A stretch of DNA of 50,773 nucleotides, counting the filler, from Catajapyx aquilonaris (taxonomy: Eukaryota): the NCBI GenBank assembly GCA_000934665.2. It is 3 parts of 3 records of this genome, joined end to end, with 100 filler letters (N's around TTAATTAATTAA, not from the genome) between each part and the next. Parts side by side here need not be neighbours in the genome. Positions count along the whole stretch, not along the records: positions 1 to 22,093 come from JYFJ02007858.1; positions 22,194 to 36,355 come from JYFJ02007862.1; 1 more part is not named here. One strand, given 5' to 3'. The number at the start of each line of letters is the position of its first letter. The first letter of the stretch is position 1. Below the pieces are notes generated by a model that was given only the letters and a program-made list of their open reading frames with translations, was not told the DNA's origin and searched no databases. Position numbers and translations under genes: made by a program. This document shows, in pieces, positions 20,141 through 32,400 of this stretch.

Positions 20141-20736
20141 CCCAGTGTGTCACTTAAAAATTCCATTTTTCTCCTGTGTTCTTGTATTTGTTTTGTTTTG
20201 TTTTATTTTATTTTATTTTATTTAAAAAAATTATATTCCAGCTAGCGACCCCGCCCCTAGGCAATTTCTGCCTAGTGGTAAATCCGGTGCTGGACTACAG
20301 TATATTTTATGAAGAGGATTTCTGGAATCTGTTAGCTGATAACTGTAAGGAAATTGCACATGCAAGTTAGACCTTCATAATTCTCATTTATTGGCAGAAC
20401 CTCAGTTTAGTGATCTGTTGGAATTTGGGAAACTGAAAACACTTGTTTTGCACAATTAAGTGCCATTTTTATATCATTGCCATTGTCACTGGAACCTTCA
20501 TTTAATGGAATTAACTCTCATGTCTCCAGTTTTAGCTGATTGTAACATGTTTGAAATACTCATGAAGCTCAAGTCCACATTAGTAATTAGTGACCAAACA
20601 TATGCATCACTTGCATTGTGTAAGAAATTGGAACTTATTCACATTAACCATGCATGGTTCATTAATGACTTTGGTATGGAGCACTTACACTCTTAAAGTC
20701 CTTGAGAGTTCACTGGGGGGCAAGACTAACCAATAC

Positions 20737-20897
20737 TGCTGTCCCAAAGTAAAACACTCTAACTTGAAAACTAGTAAGGGTGAAGGTTGCATGCATACCC
20801 TGCACTATTACCCTCTTGCAGGGGATTAGTGCAGGGCGTGCATGTGACTTTCACCCTGACTAGTTTTCAAGTTAGGGTGTTTTACCTTGGGACAGCA
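20737..20897. repeat. Short foldback element (hairpin MITE)
   Basis: TGCTGTCCCAAAGTAAAACACTCTAACTTGAAAACTAGT... pairs with ...ACTAGTTTTCAAGTTAGGGTGTTTTACCTTGGGACAGCA over nearly its whole length. Confidence 0.75.
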
Positions 20898-22093
20898 AAA
20901 TAGTGCTATCAAGTCTCCACTTAGCATTCCAAGTGCTGTGGAACAGTTGACCAGTCTGGACTTGTCATCCACCAGGGCAAATGACAGTATTGTATAAAAC
21001 ATAACGAGAAAGTGTCCACACCCGACTCATCTGAATTATCCAAATGCTTATTTGTGACTGATGTGGGACTTCAGAGAATAATGTTAAGCTGCACAAACCT
21101 CTCGTCACTTTGACATTCGTGGTATCAGGTGCATCACAAGGGAAAGCTTGCCACTTGTCAGGTCAAGGCCAGATTTACAAGTTTTTCACGAGCAGGTGGG
21201 ACCAGGTCCTTTGTAACTTAAAATGGTGCTTCTGTATTGTGGTTATTTCACTATTAGCCTGCCATCAACTGACCTTCCCAATCTGCACTTAAATGGGAAT
21301 TTGTAAGAGTGTCCCATACATTAGCATTGAGATTTATTGCAACTTACACAATTTTTATGATGTTAAATGGATACAGTATACTGCAAGAAGGACAGCTATT
21401 CAGTGCATTTATACATGGGGATGATTGGAAAATATGTATCTTTTCTGTGAGGATTGCTGCAAGTCTCCTGTTTCTTCAAGTTTTTGTAGCCAAGTTATTG
21501 TTGTACTATTAATATCCTCTGCAAAGAATTGTTGCTAACTTTTATAATCAAATGTGTGTAATTCAGAATTTTTAAGGGTACTCACTTTGAATAGTCAAGA
21601 GCTGTGTTCAGATGAGACTTGGCCATCTCGAAATGTCATAATGGGGAACTAGCCTTGGTCTGGGATTTTGGATTTTTGTTCATAACTAGCTAGCCCATGC
21701 CTGTAAACATACATTCCATCACTCTGTTGCATCAAAATGACATTACTGGATGAATTACGGCACATTTAAAAGTGCCTTCAAAATTGGCGGGAAAAAAGGC
21801 GCAACAAAGTGGTGCCAATCGAAAGGGTACACTGAAATGCCTGGTTGACTGCGAGATATGAGGAATTTGACTTTGAATTAACCGCGGACACGATGGAAAG
21901 CATTCGCAAGGCGGCTGTAGGCCATCGAGGTGGAGAAAAGGGGCCTTCATGTGCCGAATTCGGGTGACAGATAATTCCGACCTGGTGGCATCACTGCCAT
22001 GTACAAAGCGGCTTGAGCGACCTGGAATAAATATGCGCCCCGGCCGCTATCTTGCTCACGGAATGGGACAGTTGCTAACAACAGCGAAGCATG

Positions 22094-22193
22094 NNNNNNN
22101 NNNNNNNNNNNNNNNNNNNNNNNNNNNNNNNNNNNNNTTAATTAATTAANNNNNNNNNNNNNNNNNNNNNNNNNNNNNNNNNNNNNNNNNNNN
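22094..22193. other. Artificial contig-join spacer
   Basis: 44 N + TTAATTAATTAA (stops in all six frames) + 44 N = 100 nt. Confidence 0.95.
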
Positions 22194-22589
22194 AGGCGGA
22201 ACACGGGCATAGCGCCGAAGGCGCGCCAATTGGGGCGCAGCCCCAAGGGGGGGTGTGGGGGGGCGGAGCCCCCCCACCTCGCAAAGCGAGTTTATTTATA
22301 TGTTTGCAAATTTGTGTCCCCATATCTGTACTTGCTTTGAATCCCAAATTGTGGGAGAAATTCCTGACTTCCGCCCATCAGGGTAATTTTGCTTGATCCT
22401 GCGTTTCTCATGCCAAATTTCCTTTCCCTGCTCTCAGTTCAGCATGAAGCAGCCTTCAATGCAGTATTGATTCCATTATGCACACGGTTTTCTTTACCAA
22501 GGAGGCCTAAAAATGCTGCCAATTCCAGCATTAGACAGATTCTGTCATATCTACAAAAACATATGGGAAATCCTATTTCACTGCAGGTA

Positions 22590-23141
22590 CAGTACAGTTC
22601 TGGTCATATATCGAGGCAACCGCAAGCGACATTTTCCGAAGCGGCAGAAGAAGGAATCGAAGATAAGCATACTTCAAGCATGGGCGAGCAAGATTCCTTT
22701 TTCTGCCGATTCGGAAAATGTCGCTGGCAGTTGCCTCGATATATGACCAGAACAGTACCATTCACAAAAAATGGTATGACTCTATATGGACAAAATGTTT
22801 ATTCTGTTCCCAACCCCTGGGTCGCGGGCATGTTGTTATGGGTTGTGAGGAAGGCCGGGAAAAGGCAATTAATATCAAGAAAAAAGAGAAGAAAAAAACA
22901 AGGCTCAGTAAGAAAATTTAAGGGGGGAAATTCATCTCAAATCTACGTAAGCATTGTACCAGGTTGAACATTTTAATAAGTTAATATAAAATTTCGGAAA
23001 AAGTCGGAATGGGGTCATACGGCCAGAGGTCGAGGACAAGTTGTTCATAGGGTCACGATGAAATCAGGTTGCGAATCATGCTGGATAGTCAGGATAAATA
23101 TGTTGTCCATAGAGTCATACCATTCTTTATGAACGGGACTG
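22590..23141. mobile_element. TA-flanked MITE with a foldback MITE (22595-22755) inserted in its left TIR
   Basis: Outer TIR CAG[TA]CCATTCACAAAAAATGGTATGACTCTAT versus ATAGAGTCATACCATTCTTTATGAACGGGACTG-TA. Inner hairpin CAGTTCTGGTCATATATCGAGGCAAC ... GTTGCCTCGATATATGACCAGAACAG is flanked by TA. Confidence 0.75.
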
Positions 23142-23894
23142 TACTACAAAGTTTTTCCACAGTATGTTTCCTACAGACAGGTTTCAGATACCAGTACCGT
23201 ATATTAAACTTTAGGGGACATTGCAAGTATGAAATTTGAAGTACAAGAATCACCATTATTTCCCCAGGATGGTTAAGGTATTCACAAACACGATTACCTT
23301 CTAATCTTTTCAGATTCACCTGCTTGCCTTGATGAAACCCTTTCGAAACAAGCCATTTTGCAAGCTACAATAAAACATTCCTTCTATTACTACATACTGG
23401 CCGAGTGCACTCAAAATCTGCTCCATATGTCCACAACAAGTAAAATATGGAATAAGTCACACCAACACTTAGCAACAGGCTCTCCATAATTGAGCCACAT
23501 ATTCTTCTTGTTCTCATTTTTTCTGGAGAGGGAGAGCTGACATTATGGATGACATAACAGAGAAGAGAGAGAAGAGAGAAACACCAACATGGCAGAAAAG
23601 ATAGAAGAATAATGTCAATTTCAATTTTCCTGCCATTCACCTTGCTTTAGTACCGTAGTTACTGACACCCAGTGGCACTAACACAGGTTCAGAGCAGAGC
23701 AGACAAGGTGGGTCCAGAAGCCAACACAGGAATTAATGAGGCATAATACATACAGTCCAAAAAAATCATACTGGGTACCGCCATGTTGTTGATATTGTGA
23801 CATCACTAATCCCTCTCCAGAAAAAAGAGCAAGACAAACATGGGCTTGGTTTCAAAAATTTGTTTAGTGCATTATTAGCTATATTGCTACTCAC

Positions 23895-25303
23895 TTTTCA
23901 CTCTCAAGCCTTTTCCTCTTGCACATGTTGAGAGCTGTTTGCCTTACAAGAGATCCCAGCACACGTCGACTCACGACCATCCCATCAACAAGGGGGGTAG
24001 CCAGGGTCATGCGTCCACAGGTTGGACCCTGCAGCTTGATCCTGAACAGTCCACTTTGAAGACTATGCACAAATATAACTAAGCAATCACGAGACATAGG
24101 CTGATTTGCATCAACACCTGTTGAGGTGTATTGAACCAGATCATCCAAAGGAAGTGTTGAACTATCCTCAAAGCTCTCAAGCCACACCACAAGAACCTTG
24201 GCCTCACACGTGGTACTCGATGTATCGGAATTGCCCCGTCGGCGCCATGAATCACTCTGAGATGATTTAGAACCTGCATACTTTTGGCTGCCAGTGGGAA
24301 CAATAAATGCAATTTCTGAGGAAGCATCTGCCCAATACAGGGCATGGTGATCACCATTATAGGTACTGCCACCATGGTCTGGATTTGGGACTGGAACATC
24401 TGATGTGTCTGCAACTTTCCAGCTTGTCTGAACATGTCCAGTCCAACCAGGGTGAAGGCGTACATCAACTGGCCATCCCAAGGAATGCAAAAACTCCAAA
24501 AAGTGAGGATGCACATCTTGCCTTGACTCAACATTTGACAATACTTCAGAGGCAGTTTGCTGGCCAGCACGCACATAAAACAAATGCACAGTGTCACATG
24601 TGCGTGGACTCATGTTGTCAAGGATGTCCAAATCACGGGCAAAACCTTCTTGTGTTGAATCTAGTGCCACCAAAGATGGCACTGGTGAGTCAAGGGTCTC
24701 CTTCAGAGCCTCTAGAGACAACAATCCAAAGTGCGATAGAAATAGGCGAGCTGTTTGAAACTCTTGACATATGGGTGGGGGTCGGCATTCAGTTTCAAGA
24801 TTGGGATAAGCAGATGGTTCCCTCTCTGCAACTGATTCAGCTGATGCAGCCTGATCCACCATCTTACTCAGCAACTCATCCTGTGGCATTGCTGTTGCTT
24901 CAAGACCTGGTATGGATTTGTCGGCTTTGCACACAGGAATGCGATCAACGCTATCTGGAAAATATCTTGGACGAGTCTCATGTCGGATCCCAACTTCACC
25001 AACTGGCAATGGACGTCCAGGATTTGTAGCATGAAACCGAGCACCTGATTTGTGGCGGGGCAAATGCCGCATTTGCATGGTCCAAGCATGGCGACCAAAT
25101 GGCCCACGCAATAATACTGTCACAGTTGGCTGAGGATCTTGGTCATTACCAAGAGGCTCTTCCAGGAGGGCCAACAGAACCGAGTTCTCAGCCACAAAGT
25201 AATAAAAGCGCCTTGATGATGAATTGCAAAGGCGAAGCAAAGAAGCTTCATCCAACCGGGTGGAGAGTGACTCAGGGCCGCATGGTGATGGGTAGTATCC
25301 AAC
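23895..25303 (-). CDS. RALGAPB: RALGAPB large exon containing the Rap/Ral-GAP-like domain
   Basis: Acceptor before [14 protein letters not shown]; donor AA|GTGAGT at 23895, so the ORF-track stop is intronic. Confidence 0.93.
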
Positions 25304-28300
25304 CTGCATTGGTGACAACATTATTTAGCATTCGAGAAGGAAAATTATTATTCTTCAGTGATCAATTAGAGGTAATAAGATTTTACTTAACTAATTCAGC
25401 AACTCATTAGTACTGATTCAGCTCTAGAACATACTACTTAACATCTGCTGCACAAATTTTCATTGGCAGTGACATTCCATCAAATTTTCATTCGAGCAGC
25501 AGCAGGACTTGCGTGTTTCGGGACATGGGATGGCTCAAGCTTTTTTTCGGACAATTTCTCTCAAAGATTGCCCTTGTTGGGGAAATTATAGCCAAATATT
25601 CTATTGCATTGTCAACACCATTTGCACTTACTAAAAATCTGTGGAGGCAGTGGCAAAACACACAATATCCTGTTGCACATTCTACAATACATACCTGCTC
25701 TAACAAGAGTGCCAGCAAAGCCTCAGCAGTGTCACGCACCCGAAGTGATGCTGGCTTCATCTCCTTAAGGTGCTTCAGACGGAGGGGTTGTGATGGCTTT
25801 CCCTGTGACTTTGACCCAGATAGACCCAACTCCAGAGCCTCCAGCACAGTTCCCAGACTCTCAGGATCCTGCAGTAGATATGGATGTGCCAGAAGCCACG
25901 ACCCAGCACAATTCAAGGCAGCAACAATTGAGGAGTGCAGGTCACGAGAATGGGCAGGAGGAGGCCTGGAGCACTGGTGGGCAACATAGTCACAGAGCCA
26001 TTTGACAGCCCGTTTGCTTTCCAGCCACTGCTGCTCCTCAAGGTGAGCCTTGGACAGCCCGCCAAGGAGCTCAAGAGCAGCCAGGGATACATTGAGTTCT
26101 GACTGCCAAGATGATATCAGGCGGTGGCACACCAGGTATGTGGCTCTCACAAAGAGGGCATGTGCTGAGTCTGTTTTCAACCCCCCAAAAATGTACAATT
26201 AGCATGGAATTATGGCTTGCAACCATCATACATTAGGCTACATGAAGTGACTCAAAAACCTGTCAGTCCTTTTAATAAAAATTGCCTACAACATGGGTGA
26301 CCAAATATTGATTCACAAAGTAGGCTATAATTTTATTTACATTGTATAGATCGCATTTCTGATTAAGAGTAGAAGCAATAAACTAGGCATTATAAAATAT
26401 ACCACTACAGAATGTTACAATTTCAACAGGAAGGAACGGTGGAAAGAACATGACAGCTATTTCATGGTCACTATATTATTACACTGACAGATACCTTGAC
26501 ATTAATTGGAATTCCAACTTTGTCCTAATGACACTTACCTTACCAAATACATTGCATGATTACAAAACAGCAAGCAATCTTTAACAAATTGCACATCTCG
26601 CCAAAAAATTACCACCAAGCTTCTAGTATTCAGAATGTGAAAAAAGTGTGTGCTACACATTAGACTATGGGTAAATTTCCACCTCAAGCAAAAATATTTT
26701 CACACATCCATGCACACATGACACAAGCTTACCATTGACAACACTATCCTGCTGCTCTGACTGCCCATCTGAGTCTGAGAAACTGCTGTTATGATCATGG
26801 CTGCTGCTGTGGGAGCCAAGACTATCCAAAGCTGCACAAGGAAAAGTGCATGCACAACACTGAAAACAACACAGTACATGCGACACCAAACAAGAGTGGG
26901 GAAGCAGTCAAACCTGATGAGAGAAGATTAGCTGGCGAATCAGAAGTAGGCCCAGTAATATCATCTGCCTGGGTCACCTGATCAACCTCTTCAAATGCTG
27001 CTGAATCCTGTACACACAGCAACAAACCTAGAAGTAGTATGGTACGTTTGCATTGCTGTGAGGCACTGCATAAGGAGAGTTTCAAGGTCTCAACACATCC
27101 TTCCTATGAGTTTTCCAATACTGGTACCTGAGATGCAACTTATGCAATAAAATAGAGCCTCAAAACCATTTATAATAATTCATGGTGTGCTTTATCGAGT
27201 CTCTCAGGCTGGGAGGGCCACATACAGCAAAAAATATTGCTTAAGGGTTGGGTTAAAACCCTGGGAGGGCTTTACTGACAGTAATTCCTTAATGTAAGGC
27301 CCGCCGCAAATGAGGAAATGTGGGAAGGAGGCAACATGCATGCACATATCCAAGTATTCATGTTGCCCGCTAGAGGGTACAAGTGTCGCTGCCCAACCCA
27401 GCCCATGCCAGCACACCCAGATCAGCTCCAAATTTCTTGGCTGCAAGAAATCTGCACGCGCAAGTTGCCCCAGGAAAGCGCTTGCACTGTGCCGTCCTGG
27501 GCAGGCAATAAGTTGCTCCCAAATTTCCTCATTTGCAAGGGCCTAAGACTTATAAGGTATTCAAAAATGTCCTCAGCAAGTCACATCAGGAGTTTTACAC
27601 TGGCTCACAATAGGAACATGATCTAATCAAGAAATCAGATACTGCAAATGATCAACATTGTGCAACAGTTCAAGTAAAAAATAAAACAAGTCTTATTGGA
27701 AAGATTTTTAAAAAGAGCAAAGATATTAAAGGAAACTAATTGCACAACAAACCTCCAAGCAGCATCTGGGTGTTGTATGCATCTGACTCCACCTGCAAGG
27801 AGTTGAAAAGCAGGTTGACCAACCGAGGCTTCAGCTGCGCAAAAGTATTTGGCTGCTTCCCTCCCCCATCTGGCCCTCCGGTCATTGAAGAAGAGAACTC
27901 TTTAATAGGCAAGTTTTGGAAGTGCAGAGGGAGTGCCAGCATTGATAGGAGAAGGTGAATGGAGGCCCGCCGCAGTTCCGTTCGTGACACTCCCTGTGAC
28001 CTTAGTTCCACATCCTTATCTGGTAGGACTGTTTCAAGGGCAGAAACTACATGTGGTACCAAGATCTGCACACCATCCAAGTCAATGCGAAGGAGGTCTG
28101 AAGAGTTGAGGAGGACTGCTGCCATCATCTCAGTGCACACTTTCGGCTGTAATGCAGAATAAAATAGTGCTTACCAAATATTCAACTACTAATAAATTGC
28201 AGTGGGTTCAGGCCATACAGGCTGTTTCAGAAAGACACTGACTAACATTTAACGGTGACCTCGTGACAGGTGCAAGGTGATGTTTGATGTCTGCGACCTA

Positions 28301-29353
28301 GTTACTGACAGTGAAATAAGGGCTTTTCACCACATGGAAAGGTTTGCATCTGAACATACAGGGTGGTCAGAAAGTAACTCCCTATTAGAAACATGTAATA
28401 ACTTTGTCAAATATTGCTCAATTGTCATGAAACGAGTTTTATTTTGTAACTTGAAATATGAGAATTTGTCTGCAAACTGAAAATTTCAAATAGGAACCAG
28501 AGTTTCCCGTCAATTTCTGTAGGCGATTCCGTATGCAAGCGACATACGACTTAGATGCACGTAATTCTGGGGTACCTTGCCCAGCACATCTCGAATGCTC
28601 TCTCTAGTTGATCCCAATTTTGCGGTTTGGTGCGGGACACACCCTCCTTTGCCCAACCTCACTAGAAAAAGTCGTAGTGCTTAAGGTCAGGACTTTGTGC
28701 TGGCCATTATTCTGGACCACCCTACAACCTGGCAATTGTTTATCCGGCCGTGCATGGACAGTCAATACAAAATGTGGGGGTGGATCATCTTGCATGAAGA
28801 TATGGTTGAAGTTATCCCATTGTGTGATGATCGGCCATACCTAGACCTTGCAGCATGGAAAGATACAGCTCTCTATTCATCGTATTTCCAAGGAGGTATT
28901 TACAAGTGTCGAGAGCAACTCCCACGCTAAGGCGATGCACCATTTTGACTTCTTACATTACTGATCCTGCCATCTGGTGGGCAGCCATTTTAATTCTCCC
29001 ATTGCAAGTTACACAATAAAACTTTTTGCATGACAATTGAGCAATATTTGACAAAGTTATTACATGTTTCTAATAGGGAGTTACTTTCCGACCACCCGGT
29101 ATATCAAGTGCATCCAAAACTACAATCATTTCAGGCAGGCTTGTGCAAGTGTGGGATCCACATTGTAAGTGAAAACTGCCGACATGGATTGTCCGAAATG
29201 ACTAGAAACTAGTTGCCAAGCCCTCCCTTGGGAGCCTCCCCCTCCCCTATGCCCATTGGACCAGGGCGCTGTGACGCAACATACTGATGTATTGACTGTA
29301 AAATGCAAATAAATAAAGGTCCATGTAATACCCCCAAGGAGGTCCGCACTACC

Positions 29354-29417
<64 letters not shown>

Positions 29418-32400
29418 TATCAGCAAATGAGGAAAAAAGAATGCCCCACCTGCACAAAGAGGGAAAATCTTGGGCCATTAAAAACCTACAATGCATTTTA
29501 TACATTACTTCCAGTGAAGCGTGAGTGTAATTCATCATGCTCCCTGTAATGCTGGCAGTATGGCTTGAGGTAATTTTCTAAAACATGCTAGCAGTCTATA
29601 CGCAGAAAGAGTCCAAAACTCCATCAGAGGAACAAGGACCACAAGGGTGCGGGTGGTTTGGAGGCGAAATGACTTGTCATGGCTAAAAAGCTACAGTAGC
29701 CATAATAATAAATAATAAATAATAATAATAATTCATACTCCGTTATCAGCCATCGGCTCTTTAGGGGGGAAGTTTGTTTTGCCTGGAACTCTTTGCTTTT
29801 CATTTTACTGTGCTCTTTGGGATAGGATAGGGACGGAAGGAAGTGGCTGTGGCCTATTAATTACGGAAGCAACTCCGGAATTTCCCTGGAAGGACCGTGG
29901 GAAACCACAGAAAACCACGGTCAGAGTTGCCGGCCCCGGGATTCGAACCCAGGACCTCCCGATTAGCAGTCGGACGCCTTATCCACTATGCCAACCTGCT
30001 TCGGTTACAGTAGCAATAACACCTTTGAATAACAGACTCCTGACCTGCACCAAGGAGGTATCTGGCAACCTAACCTCCTGGGGAACAGCACATGACCCAT
30101 AGCTACAACATTGCACCTTGCACCCATGTTCCCTCCCCAAAAATCCCTGTCCTTTCCCATTGTCCCTGTTTCCTTGCACCGGTGAATGAAGCAGAAAATA
30201 TATCAGAAAACTGATGGTGGTATGCCACCCCCCTATAGCACCCATAAGGGTCATCACGAGGTAAAAAAAAAAAACACAGACTGTGTTCATTCAAACCAAA
30301 ATAATTGTCCGACTATTTAAACCTGCACAAATCTGACCACCTGTTGCTAATGTGTATGTAACAAAGTAGTTATTTTAACATACGTTACCCTGACCTAATT
30401 TCCCAAACCTGATGGATTCATTAGGATGTAGTTATTTTTATTTTACTGTACATTAACGTACCCAAACAAACATTTGAGAAATACACACAAAAAATTGACC
30501 CACCTTAACAAAATAAAGGTAGTGTTACATGTGAAGAGTCCAGGGAAAAAAGGGGGAATGTCAATTTCCATTGGGGTTCCTGCCAAGTGCACAGTACAAT
30601 AGTACCGTAGGTGCCACTTATACCTGGAGGCTTTCCATGGGTACAAGGGGGACAGTTGCATATAATGACGTGAAGATATCCCTATTATTCCTTATACACG
30701 TGAAGAAATAAAGCCATTTCTTCGATTTCTCACGAACATTTTTTGTGTGACATTCCCCCTTTTTCCCCTGGACTCTTCATGTGTAACCTGCTTCATGTAC
30801 ACCCGCGAGCATAAAGATGGAGACGGCAGGCCCTCGCCTTCGGCAGGCTGCTCTGCCAATCTCAGCAATTACAGTATCAAATATACTGTCATAAATACAT
30901 GAACACAAGCCTGAAGCAGCTAACTCGGTCCAAAAATAGTTCATTAATTTGAGTCGGATAAAGAAAGGTCAAAAAAGGGCCTGCCGTCTCTATCTTTATG
31001 CTCGCGGGGGTACCTGAACATGACATTGAGCATGTAACTGAACATACGAGTACGTATCAAAGTCACTTTTCTTCGCATGAATAGTGCACATAACCCTTAT
31101 AAGGGATGAGATATAAATGATTTCAACCAGTTACAGTAAATGATTAGCCAAGTGCACACTAACATACTGTATGTTGAGATGTTACTGATGATGAGTTTAA
31201 TGTTCATTGCCTCTGCTACTTGGACCATCCCAGTTTTATCTGACTTTCAGAAAAAAATTAATATAGCATAATGATGGCTTTTCAAGATGGCCTAAAAACT
31301 ACACTGATAATAACTTCCATCCTTCCATAACTTCCATAACTTGAAGTTTTTTCCCGGTCCCATGGAGATTCGACTTATAGAAGTTTTACTGTATATGATA
31401 CAGGTACTCTATTCGGAAAATGTGCCTTTTCGATAGCCTTTACGTGAATTTTGATTTTAAGACAAATGTCAAGTTCGGAAAGGATAATGTAACTTATAGA
31501 TGTGAAAACCTCTCCTTATACCGCCATGCCAGTATAGCCACCAGATCATGCATTTCTAAAAACTGGTTGACCTCGACTACACTGCCATGCCGCTTTATGA
31601 GAGGTAATACGGTAACATGATGTCAACTCCTCAACAACATTTTAAGGGCAATAGCCCTTAAGTAAGACCGTAGCATAGATTTCAACAATGTTTCAACAAT
31701 GAATTTTTCCTGGTTCTTCTTCTTGTTGTTACGTTTTTTTCAATCGCCCTAACTCAGATTCTGCTGTAGGTAGAGCTTCCAAATTTTGAACAGAGATCCC
31801 CACCGTCGTGACTTGATTTCCTACCATTTACACTTTTACTTAATTCCTCTTCAAAACGCCGCAAAAAAATTTTAAACCACCAAAAAATACGTCTCAATTT
31901 TTTTGCTCAATAACTATTTTAATTTGGTTTCTTCGTCAAAGGGCCGCAGGTGCAGTAGGATGGTGCGGATCTACGTTCAAAATCTCACAGTTCCCACTGC
32001 TACAGGATTGGAGCTGTGATTTTTTTACCTCGTATTTTTTCTGTCATTACTTCATTTGTTCATGACCCATCACCTAGAAACGTCAGTTGTTGTTTACCAC
32101 CTCATATATTGTTGTGGGTCAAAGGAGGACAAGATGAGCGACGCCGAGTCGTACTGTCGCCGTTGGGTTTTCACCCAACTTTAATGTACCTGTGTGTTTT
32201 TTGTATCGTCTGGTACAGTTCTCAATGTTCCGTATATTTTTAGCGTATAGGCTATTTCATAATAATTAAATCAGACTAACCGTTGGCTGGTAGCACTCCT
32301 CTTTCGTTTTTTTTACGACTGTCTCTGTGCAAATAATTTTAGGGACTTCTAAGCGACGAAAATTGTCTCCAATGCATTCATAGTGCAGACTGTATAGTGT

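Larger units (their letters stand above)
19111..20292 (+). repeat. Duplicated copy of segments A and B fused (intervening 13741-15292 absent)
   Basis: A' (19111-19322) joins B' directly. B' ends at the right TIR of the copied hAT MITE (19839-20292), where the TSD is lost (gactacag instead of gacatgac). Confidence 0.88.

Noticed and set aside
22389..22967. 192-aa ORF after the first gap
   Set aside because: It spans nested MITE inverted repeats and shows no protein motif.
23325..23365. Hammerhead-ribozyme-like TTGATGA...GAAA
   Set aside because: The core is not CTGANGA and stems I-III cannot be formed.
23891..23893. RALGAPB stop codon as given by the ORF track
   Set aside because: The TGA lies inside a consensus donor (AA|GTGAGT). 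The conserved C-terminus should follow in an exon I could not find before the contig break.
24307..25029. 240-aa antisense ORF over the RALGAPB exon (also 25513-25989 and 16707-17132)
   Set aside because: Shadow ORFs opposite real coding exons, with no recognisable motifs.
29126..29524. Poly-Met and poly-His ORFs
   Set aside because: Translations of an intronic (CAT)n microsatellite.
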